64,000 nt of DNA from an uncultured Acidobacteriota bacterium. GTDB taxonomy: Bacteria > Acidobacteriota > Thermoanaerobaculia > Gp7-AA8. Made by a program: the position numbers and the translations under genes. The stretch spans positions 128,001-192,000 of the forward strand of contig CAVUKB010000004.1 in NCBI GenBank assembly GCA_963741955.1. The letters run 5' to 3'. Below are positions 45,582 to 54,513 of this stretch, piece after piece. Position 1 is the first letter of the stretch. Every line of letters starts with the position of its first letter. Under the pieces are notes generated by a model. That model searched no databases, was not told the origin of the DNA, and saw only the letters and a list, made by a program, of their open reading frames with translations.

Positions 45582-46657
45582 CTACGCTGCGCGATCGCGC
45601 ATCTCGAGCCGGTACTCGTGATGGAGCCCGCCGAGGTGCGGGATGGCGACGACGGCGGCGCCGTTCGGGAGTCGGTGTCGGCCGGAGGCGATGAGCCGGG
45701 GTTCGGTGTAGTAGGCGCGGTAGTGGGCGAGAAGGCGATTGAGGTGGCGGACGCCGAGGGGCCAGATCCGGTCGAGAAGCTCGCGACGGAGGGTGCCGAT
45801 CATCCGCTCGGCGAACGCGTTCGCCTGCGGAGAGCGCGGAGGGATGCGGAGCGCTTCGATGCCGAACGAGGCGAGAGTCGCGTCGACACCGCCCCAGAGC
45901 GGGTCGTTGTCGCGGACGAGGAAGCGGTGCCGATGATCGCACGGGATCGCTTCGCGCAGCTTCTGATTGATCCAGTCGCGAGTCGGGTTTTCCGTTGCTT
46001 CGAGGCATAGCAGCCGTCGTGACCCGATCTCGAGCAGGACGAGGACGAAGACCTCCCGGAGCTTGCCGCTGAGTGAGGGAACGTAATCGACTGCGAAGTC
46101 CATCGCGAGGGTGACGTTCGCATGGTTGCGGATGAACGCCGACCATCGCTGATCGCCACGCGGGCGCGGGCCACGTACCTCGCGAATATAGCGGCGGACC
46201 GTGTTCCGTGAGACGGAGACCCCGAGCTTCGCGATCTCCCGGAGGATCCGCCCCGCTCCCCAGAGCCGGTTCTCGCGCGCCATCTGCCGCACGAGCTCGC
46301 GCGTCTCTTCCGGGAGCCTGCGCCGCCGCAGATGCGCTGACGCCGCCGCATCAGAATCGCGACCCACTCGCGCCGCCATCGCATCACCGTGCGCGGGGTG
46401 AACGCGATCGAGAGATCCCTCCAACGAGGTACGAGCCGCGAGAGGATCGCGAACACGATCTTCTCGCTGCGCGTCGCGCGCCGGACGCTCCTTTTCGTCA
46501 TCCGATACAGCCGCAGCTGCCGCTCGAGCCAGAGCGCGTCGAGCGTATTCGCTTGAACGAGCGTAAGGCTCAGAAAGACGATGACGAGCAACTCGCCGAG
46601 AGCGGAGAGGAGAAGAAGAGAGCGGAGCAAGAGTTGACCTCGTGAGGGGCGCGGCAC
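45582..46657 (-). pseudogene. Integrase-core (rve/DDE) transposase, frameshifted
   Basis: MARENRLWGAGRI, WSAFIRNH..AMDF, FLVRDND, PPRSPQANAFAER, HLGGLHHEY. Confidence 0.85.
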
Positions 46658-46775
46658 TTGGTGGGCGTGCGCGCTTGGCGAAGGATCATATCAATGCGAA
46701 GATCCGTCTGGAACGGCGTCTAAGGGGACGGAGTCGAATACCCGTCGACGTGACGCGGTAATGCGATGAATTCGA

Positions 46776-47138
46776 TCAAGAGCGCGACTCTCGATGAGTC
46801 GAGCGGGAAGTGATTTCAACGAGAGTCTCGCCATTCTCGATCATCCGGAGTGCTTCCGGCAGGGCCTTCTCGAGGAGGTGCCGGAGAAAGGCGTTCGATG
46901 TGTTACCCGAGGTAATCCAGATCACCCGGGGCGGTGCACCACGGCTCTCGAGAAGGCGAGGGAAGTCGGCATCTTTCGTGATCACCACCGCATCGGCCGT
47001 ACGTGCGGCGTCGAAAATCTCGCGATCGGATGCATCGCGCAGACCGAGTCGTTTGATCGAAAGAGCCTCGACATCGAAGGTGGCGGTGATCCACGGCGCG
47101 AGCTCGGGAGAGAGTTGTGCGTCAACCCAGAGGATCAT
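46776..47138 (-). CDS. DUF5615 PIN-like toxin
   Basis: WVDAQLS...GLRDASDREI...VITKDADF. Confidence 0.88.
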   Translation of the reverse strand: MILWVDAQLSPELAPWITATFDVEALSIKRLGLRDASDREIFDAARTADAVVITKDADFPRLLESRGAPPRVIWITSGNTSNAFLRHLLEKALPEALRMIENGETLVEITSRSTHRESRS

Positions 47139-47359
47139 GCTGCGATCACAGGATGGTCGATACGGTGACTCGCGTACCGCAGGCTCGCCTGAATGTCCTC
47201 GATCTCGAGGTCCGGCATTTCGATCAGGATTTCGTCGGTGGTCAACCCCGATGCAAGGAGATCGAGGACGTCGGAGACGCGGATGCGCATACCGCGGATG
47301 CAGGGACGACCTCCACACTGTTCCGGATCGATCGTGATTCGGGGTTCGAATTCAACCAT
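47135..47359 (-). CDS. DUF433 antitoxin
   Basis: RITIDPEQCGGRPCIRGMRIRV. Confidence 0.92.
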   Translation of the reverse strand: MVEFEPRITIDPEQCGGRPCIRGMRIRVSDVLDLLASGLTTDEILIEMPDLEIEDIQASLRYASHRIDHPVIAA

Positions 47360-47458
47360 TGACCGTTCTCCTTCGACTCGAAGCGCGCCAGATTCTGCGA
47401 GAACAGAGTATAGCTGCCGCAGAGTCTTCGATCCAAACCGGATGCCCATCGGCTGGCG

Positions 47459-49550
47459 ACCGAGAAGCCCACCTCCGCGAACGGGGAGATCCGGCGGATC
47501 CGGTATGACTACGACTGCAACGACCGTCTCGTCGGACGCCGCGCGGAGATGGCCGAGGTTACCGATCCCGCGGCGGACCTCGCGACGCTCAGCTGGGAGC
47601 TCGAGGCCCGTCCCGATGCCCTCGCGAGCGACGGGCTCCCGGCGGACGTCACGCTCGTATGGGACCCGCTGTCCGATACGCTCGTCTCCATCTTCAAGGC
47701 GGGGGCGAGCCGGAACGCATCGATCGATGCAAACGGCGGGCTCCTCGCGCAGTTCATCCACGGCGGGCTCTCGTACGACGATCCGATCGAGACCACCCGC
47801 GTTTCCACGCGCCCGGGCACGACTGGCAGCGAGATCGACCGCTTCTATCCGGTCTACGACGAGGCCGGGACGGGGAATCTCGACGCGGTGCTGAACGCGA
47901 GCGGCGAGATCGTCGCGCGCAACGTGCCGAACGATCCGTTCGGTGCGCACGAGCTGGATCTCAACGGCGCCGCGGTCGACGGGATGGCGATCGACGCCGC
48001 AAAAGACCGCGACGGCAACCTCACTACGGTGGAGGTCACGGTGCGGACCACCGAGGCGCTGAGCGCGCCGACGCTCGCAGCGGGTCTGCGGCTCGCGGCT
48101 GTGGACGGCGGGGGAGCGGTGGTAAGATCGTCGGGCGCAATCCCGCAGCTCATTGACAACGATCCGTACTCGGCACGCTTCACGCTGACGGCGGCGCAAT
48201 GGACCGCACTGACGGACGCGTCTCCGGTGGGGACGCTCACGCCGGCGGCGCTGTCGGTGGCGGTGACGAAGGAGCTCCGGGCCGCGGCGTGGGGAGCGGA
48301 TGTCCCCGATCCTCCCGGCGCCCGACTGGGCGACGGCGACACAACCTGTGACGACCTCCGGCAATCTTCCGGTGGAAGTGCGCGAGTCGCTCTCGAGCCT
48401 CTCGAGCTGGCTCGCAGGGGTTCCGGCGGACGGCGACGACAGGAAGACGCTCTACGAGGTCGATTCGCTCGCCCTCCTCGCCTCGGCGGCGCCCCCGTCC
48501 TCTATGTCGGGCGGCGGCGAGAGCCCGATGGGCGCGATGCTCACGGCCCGCTTCCAGGCGCAACCCTTCACCGAGCCCCTCACCCGCCACAACTACGTCC
48601 GCGCCCGCTGGTACGACCCGGACACCGGAACGTGGCTCTCGCCCGATCCGATTGGATACCGCGATAGCTCGAACCTGTATGCGTTCGCGGGCGGCGATCC
48701 GGTGAACTGCGCAGACCCTACAGGCCAAGCGGCGTCAGTGACCAAGACGGGTTTGGTGGTCGGCCGACGGCCGGACGGCACGTCCTACCGGATCGAGCCG
48801 GGGGCCGACTCGGCGGAAATGATGCGCATTCTGGAGACCGACGCTGACGTTGGGAGCGAAGAGCGCGAGGAGATAATAGAGACCGCTCTGCGCCGGGGGC
48901 CGGGGTCGATCAGCGCGATGAGGGGGAGTCCAGGCCCTGGCGCGTTCTGGTGGGCGGTCGACACAGCAACCGTTGGCTTCTTCTCTATGCCCGGTGGCAA
49001 CTACAGTCCGTTGAGAGAAGACGAACCTGTCCAGGCGTCGCTCGATCTGCGAACTTTCAAAAGGGAATATCCGAAGACGATCTTTGTGGCGGACGCCGCG
49101 CAAGCGCTGACGGCGAAAGGCTGGGCTGTGAAGGCGATGGGAATCGTCGGCGCAGGTCTTGGTCTCGCCGACAATCTTGGTCGCAGCAAGCCTCTGCAGC
49201 CTGGCGAATCTGGGCGATTCTCGGATCTGGATCGACGCGGTGTTACCGGGGATGACCTGACGCCACATCACATGCCACAGGCCGCCGCTGGCTTCACGTC
49301 CAGAGAAGAGGGTGGCGCTCTCGTAATGGAGCATGGAGAGCACATTCAAACGCGAACGTACTTCAGCAAGGGGCGAGCTGTCGCGAGAGCGGAGGCCGGC
49401 ATGTCGTTTCGCGATGTGCTGGCACGCGACATTCGCGATGTTCGGAAGATCGTCGGGACGGAGTACGACGAGGGGATCTTGCACCTGCTCAAGTACTACA
49501 GAAAGTATTTCCCTGAGCTGATGGAGAAAGTGGCAAAGGTGGCGAAATGA
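47459..49550 (+). pseudogene. Orphan Rhs-B cassette with HNH/EndoVII-like tip (frameshift ~48305)
   Basis: Tip GDDLTPHHMPQ...GGAL....EH..TRTY. Confidence 0.8.
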
Positions 49551-49843
49551 TCCGTAAAGAAGTTCTGGAGCTAAAGCTTCTTGGGCCGCTGCCGGATCAG
49601 CACGCAGATGAAGAAGCGTTCGAAAGGCACGAGAAGGTGCTGTCGGCGATTACGCCGCCTGTCAGTGCTGAAGAGGCGAAGATCCTCGTCAGACTGTTCG
49701 GGCCGGATGACGCATACGGCGCAGCATGGACGCTTCTTCATCTGATTGAGTCTGCGCCGAGTTGGCCAATCGAGGAGTGCCTGCGGGGCGCCGGTCTGTG
49801 GATTGACACCCTCCGGCGTCGGGCGGCCGATCTGAAGCGGTAG
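49547..49843 (+). CDS. Putative immunity protein (Imm30-like)
   Basis: ATGA overlap; FGPDDAYGAAWTLLHLIESAP. Confidence 0.75.
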   Translation: MIRKEVLELKLLGPLPDQHADEEAFERHEKVLSAITPPVSAEEAKILVRLFGPDDAYGAAWTLLHLIESAPSWPIEECLRGAGLWIDTLRRRAADLKR

Positions 49844-51275
49844 TGTCCAAAAAGTTCTGCAAAAAGGAAAAGGGCCAAGGAGGTCTCCTGTAAAGTTCAA
49901 GTCGCTAAAGCAAGAACGAGAACAGGAGAGAACTCGATGGCCCGAAAGGATAGTACCGCAGTTGACGTCAGAAGACTCGTCGAGGAGTCCGCAGATCCGG
50001 TGCGAGCGATCGTGAAGGAGACGATCCAGCAGATTCTCGAGTGCGAGATGGAAGAGGCATTAGGGGCTCGGAACGGGGAACGAACAGCGGAGCGGCTGGG
50101 GTACCGAAGCGGGTACTACGAACGGTCGTTCATCACTCGAGTCGGGAAGCTTGAGCTCCGGATTCCGCAGGACCGAAAGGGACTGTTTCGAACGGAGTTG
50201 TTCGAGCGGTATCAACGGAGCGAGAAGGCGTTGTTCGCGGCGTTGACGGAGATGTACGTGCAAGGGGTGTCGACGCGGAAGGTCAAAGCGATCACCGAAG
50301 AACTGTGCGGACACTCGTTCAGCGCGAGTTCGATCAGCGAGATCACAAAAAGGCTGGACCAGCAGTTGGAGGCCTTCGCGAAGCGAAAGCTGGAAGAGGA
50401 GTACCCGTACCTGATCATGGACGCGAGATACGAGCGGATCCGAGAGAACGGAACGATCCAGAACCGAGCAGTGCTGATCGCGATCGGGATCAACAAGGAT
50501 GGACGGCGTTGCATCCTGGGAGTGGAGCTGGCGCACCGAGAGAGTCGGAACAGTTGGACTGAGTTTCTGGTGGGCCTACGCGAGCGGGGCCTGCACGGGG
50601 TCGAGTTCGTGGTCAGCGACGACCACGCAGGGCTGAAGGCTGCGATCCGGGAGGTACTGACCGACGCGGCCTGGCAGCGCTGCTACGTCCACTTTCTACG
50701 AAACGCACTCGATTACCTGCCAAGACGAGGAGATCACGACTGCCTGCAGGAGTTGCGATGGATCTTCGGGCGACGCAACGTCGAGGAGGCCCGCAGAGAC
50801 CTGGCGGCTTGGATCGCGAAGTGGGAAGGAAAGTATCCGAAGCTATGCGACTGGGTAGAGCAAAACATCGAAGAGACGTTGAGCTTCTATCGGTTGCCGG
50901 CCGAGCACCACAAGCACCTGAAGTCGACCAACATGCTCGAACGGCTCAACGAAGAGATCAAGCGACGGACCCACGTGGTCCGGATCTTCCCGAATGAAGC
51001 AAGCTGTCTGAGGCTGGTCCGGGCGCTGGCGGTCGAGACGCATGAGAACTGGATCGAGGCGACTCGGTACCTGAACATGGATCTGTTGGCCGAACACAAG
51101 AAACTCATGCTGCGAGGTGTCGCGTAGGAACCAAGGGGTGTGGAAACTGCGGAAAACGCCGGTCGGCGTTTCCCGCAGTTTCCACACCCCCCCACCACCA
51201 TCAACCCATGGATCCGAGGAGAACCGAACAGGAGACCCAATAACTCTAGTTTTGCAGAACTTGACAGACACAACT
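49839..51275 (+). mobile_element. IS256-family element
   Basis: Imperfect IRs sharing AAGTTCTGCAAAA; target duplication TCTGAAGC(G) at 49831 and 51276. Confidence 0.92.
49937..51127 (+). CDS. IS256 transposase
   Basis: GVSTRKV, YLIMDA, VSDDH.GL, QRCYVHF.RN, STNMLERLNEEIKRR. Confidence 0.96.
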   Translation: MARKDSTAVDVRRLVEESADPVRAIVKETIQQILECEMEEALGARNGERTAERLGYRSGYYERSFITRVGKLELRIPQDRKGLFRTELFERYQRSEKALFAALTEMYVQGVSTRKVKAITEELCGHSFSASSISEITKRLDQQLEAFAKRKLEEEYPYLIMDARYERIRENGTIQNRAVLIAIGINKDGRRCILGVELAHRESRNSWTEFLVGLRERGLHGVEFVVSDDHAGLKAAIREVLTDAAWQRCYVHFLRNALDYLPRRGDHDCLQELRWIFGRRNVEEARRDLAAWIAKWEGKYPKLCDWVEQNIEETLSFYRLPAEHHKHLKSTNMLERLNEEIKRRTHVVRIFPNEASCLRLVRALAVETHENWIEATRYLNMDLLAEHKKLMLRGVA

Positions 51276-51306
51276 TCTGAAGCGATAGCACGAGAAGGTG
51301 GGGGTG

Positions 51307-52234
51307 GGGGTCACGCCTTCGTCTCTCGCTTGTTCCTCTAAGTGACCGAATATACGCGGGTTGCGCGTCTGTTTGTCGCAGCGCGAAAGGAATAGAGCGC
51401 AAGGAATAGGGTCACGCCTTCGCTCATCGGTTCTGCCGTCGGAGATCTCGACGGGACGCAGCGGGAAGCGGACGTAGAGACCGTGGTCGGGATCCAATGA
51501 GGTCGTCTCGATCGGTTGGAATCGGTGATCAGGCCATCGAAGTCTCGCTTCGGAAGCGATGAGGCTGCAGTCCAGACGCAGCTCCGCCCTGAAGTCGTGG
51601 AGGTCCGGGTGATTTGGAGCAACCTGGCGCGTCGCCTCAGAACGGCGACGGGCCGGGTGCGTCGCGGATGATGTCTGGCACCGGGAGCATCGGCCAGATC
51701 GGGATGGGCCGCTCGGGAGCGGATTCCGTCGTCCCCGCGAGGAGCAATGCGAGGCAGCGATCGGCGAGATCACGGAGAAGCCGGTCATTCGCGAGCTCGC
51801 GCGCTCGCAACGCGAGATCAGGTTCGAGACGTAGCCGGTACTGCCGAGGCGCAAGAGGGCCGCGATCGGGCGAAGCCGTTCGGCGCTCTCGTAGCGCCCG
51901 AGCCACGCGGTCAGCGGGTGAGGAACACTAGGCGATCCGCATCGCATCGGAAGATCGGCTTGCGCTCGTTGCGGCGCGAGGTCACGTGGAAAACCGCGCC
52001 GGGGAACTCGAGGCGAAGTGGTCGTGCCATGCGATCGAGAATACCTCGGGTCTTCCGAAATACCGAGGGCTCTACTCCTCGTGGAATCGGCGGCGACTCC
52101 CGAGGCCCTGCTTGGAGGCGCGAGTCGGTGATCCGGCAGCGGGTGTCGTAGAATATCGTGCGACAAACGAGGCGAAGAAGTAACGCCGTGACAAAGAGAT
52201 AGGGGAGAGAACCGACAGGCGAAGCCCTGACCCC
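51307..52234 (-). mobile_element. Element bounded by inverted GGGGTCA ends carrying an internally deleted Y1/RAYT-like transposase (51637-52030)
   Basis: MARPLRLEFPGAVFHVTSRRNERKPIF...FL joined directly to the AWLGRYES... C-terminus; catalytic HUH/Tyr core missing. Confidence 0.75.
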
Positions 52235-52235
52235 A

Positions 52236-52554
52236 AAGTTCCTGAACAAATGGATCCGACACCGACTCCGCTCGCTGCTGTGGCGACAGTGGAAGACGTG
52301 CCGGAAACGTCGGAAGGCGCTGGTACGACTCGGAATCCCGCTGGAGGAGGCCCGACAGGTCGCCTCCAGTCAGCGCGGACCGTGGCGCGTGAGCAGTGGC
52401 CACGTCCTGCATCGAGCCATCGGCAAGGGCCACTTCAGTTCACTCGGTCTCGTCGAACTCTCGTTGAACGGTTAACAGCCGAACCGCCGTGTGCGGACCC
52501 GCATGCACGGTGGTGTGGGAGGGTGGAAGCCGCGAGGCTTCCCCCTATCCCGAT
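52236..52554 (+). mobile_element. 5'-truncated group II intron (class C-like): maturase C-terminus plus domains V-VI
   Basis: KWIRHRLRSLLWRQWK...GPWR..TAA at 52475; DV GAACCGCCGTGTGCGGACCCGCATGCACGGTGGTGT; DVI ending CCTATCCCGAT. Confidence 0.88.
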
Positions 52555-52621
52555 CGAGCGATCTGGTGGTGGCTGGCGAGCCGGACGGTCGCAGGCTATG
52601 ATGGCGGGGGAATAGAACACC

Positions 52622-53848
52622 ATGGCAGAGCCAATCGCGCCGGAAGCGATTGCAGAGACGCACCAGCCGCGTTTTCGTACGGAGATTCACGCAGACCTCG
52701 AGGTCTCGGTGGTGATCCCATGTCTGGACGAGGAGGATACCGTCGGAATCTGTGTGGCCGAGGCGTTGCGGGTGATGCGTGCGAGCGGGATCCGCGGGGA
52801 AGTGATCGTCGCAGACAACGGAAGTACGGACGGCTCTCAGGATGTCGCGGTTGCCGCCGGTGCTCGGGTGGTGGCGGTCGAACGCCGCGGATACGGGAAT
52901 GCGTTGATGGGAGGAATCGAACGAGCGCGAGGCGATCTGGTCGTGATGGGGGATGCGGATGACAGCTACGACTTCGGCGAAATTCCGAAGTTCGTGGAGG
53001 CACTCCGGGAGGGTGCCGATCTCGCGCAAGGGTGCAGACTTCCTTCGGGCGGAGGACGGATACTGCCGGGAGCGATGCCTCCGCTGCATCGGTGGTTGGG
53101 AAATCCGATGTTTTCGGGACTGGCCAGACGGATGTTCTCCGTCCCAGTACACGACATCAATTGCGGGCTCCGCGCATTCCGTCGCGATCTGTACCGGAGT
53201 CTCGATCTTCGCTGCACGGGGATGGAGTTTGCGACGGAGATGGTGATCAAATCGAGACTCTACGGTGCGCGGATCGTCGAAGTGCCGACGGTTCTTCATC
53301 CCGACGGACGGAGAGGTCGCGCGCCGCACCTGCGGACTGTCCGGGACGGCTGGCGAACATTGAGGTTCTATCTCCTCTACAGTCCGAGATGGCTGTTTCT
53401 CTACCCATCGGTGGCGCTCATTCTGTTCGGTCTGATCGGGTACGCGCTCGCGTATCCCGCTGTCCGCATCGGGCCTGCGACGCTGGGCGTGCACACCCTT
53501 CTGGTGTCGAGTCTCGCGATTCTGATCGGACACCAGGCGCTCCTTTTTGCCATCGCGTCGAAAACATTCGCCATCGCCGAAGGGCTTCATCCTCCCGATC
53601 CACACCTCGACAGATTCTTCCGTCTGATGAATCTGGAGACGGGGATTCTGGTGAGCGTCATGACTCTTGCCGCGGGGATCGGACTGCTCGCTTTGTCAGT
53701 CGACCAGTGGATCTCGGTCGGATTCGGCCCGCTCGATTACTCCAGGACGATGCGCTGGGTGATTCCGGGCGTCACTCTGACTGCGCTCGGATTTCAGACG
53801 CTCCTCTGGAGCTTCTTCGTCAGTGTTCTGGGGTTGCGGCGGAAGTGA
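52622..53848 (+). CDS. GT2 glycosyltransferase (polyprenol-phosphate sugar synthase-like)
   Basis: VSVVIPCLDE, ADNGSTDGS, GYGNAL, DAD; C-terminal TM helices. Confidence 0.93.
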   Translation: MAEPIAPEAIAETHQPRFRTEIHADLEVSVVIPCLDEEDTVGICVAEALRVMRASGIRGEVIVADNGSTDGSQDVAVAAGARVVAVERRGYGNALMGGIERARGDLVVMGDADDSYDFGEIPKFVEALREGADLAQGCRLPSGGGRILPGAMPPLHRWLGNPMFSGLARRMFSVPVHDINCGLRAFRRDLYRSLDLRCTGMEFATEMVIKSRLYGARIVEVPTVLHPDGRRGRAPHLRTVRDGWRTLRFYLLYSPRWLFLYPSVALILFGLIGYALAYPAVRIGPATLGVHTLLVSSLAILIGHQALLFAIASKTFAIAEGLHPPDPHLDRFFRLMNLETGILVSVMTLAAGIGLLALSVDQWISVGFGPLDYSRTMRWVIPGVTLTALGFQTLLWSFFVSVLGLRRK

Positions 53849-54513
53849 ACTGGATCGAGGGTCTGCACGGGAGAGTGATTGTCGGCCGGCGAGTCGAGTC
53901 GCTCGCGAAGGGGCTCGCTGAATTCCTTCCGGCTGCGGGATCCGTTCTCGACGTCGGCGCAGGTGACGGAAAGTTGGCGTGGCGACTCCAGCAGGGTCGC
54001 TCCGAGCTGCGTTTCTGCGGTGTGGATGTCCTGAGGCGGGAGGAAACGCTGATCGATGTGATCGAGTACGACGGTCGTACGCTCCCGTTCGGCGATCGTT
54101 CGTTCGACGCGGTGGTCATCGTCGACGTGCTTCATCACGCGGGTGACCCTCGACAGCTGCTGATCGAGTCGGCGAGAGTCAGTCGTCAGAGGATGATCGT
54201 GAAGGACCATCTCTGCGAGAACGGATTCGATCGAAAGCTTCTCTCGTTCATGGATTCGATCGGGAATCGTCGCTTTGGCGTGGCGTCTCCCGGACGTTAC
54301 ATGAGCCGCCACGAATGGAACGAAATGTTCGGGGCTCTGCCGTTCTCTCTGAAGGGCTGGATTCCGCGTCTGCACCTGTATCCGTGGCCGTTGTCTGCAA
54401 TGTTCGAAAGGAATCTCCACTTCGTGGCGCTTCTCGAGCGATCGGATGAAATCGAAGGCCCTCCCCCGGTCCACTCTCGCGGGCAAAGCCCGGAAAAGGA
54501 CGAAGAAACTTGA
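53845..54513 (+). CDS. Class I SAM-dependent methyltransferase
   Basis: VLDVGAGDG, LPFGDRSFD, VLHH; GTGA overlap with GT2. Confidence 0.9.
   Translation: MNWIEGLHGRVIVGRRVESLAKGLAEFLPAAGSVLDVGAGDGKLAWRLQQGRSELRFCGVDVLRREETLIDVIEYDGRTLPFGDRSFDAVVIVDVLHHAGDPRQLLIESARVSRQRMIVKDHLCENGFDRKLLSFMDSIGNRRFGVASPGRYMSRHEWNEMFGALPFSLKGWIPRLHLYPWPLSAMFERNLHFVALLERSDEIEGPPPVHSRGQSPEKDEET

Noticed and set aside
8085-52234. CRISPR array or integron attC sites as the explanation for the repeats
   Set aside because: No regular repeat-spacer periodicity, no cas or intI gene, and no consistent RYYYAAC...GTTRRRY boxes.
52236-52554. Diversity-generating retroelement or retron acting on the toxins
   Set aside because: Only a maturase tail with canonical intron DV/DVI is present. 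There is no RT core, and I saw no adenine-specific TR/VR pattern among the repeats.
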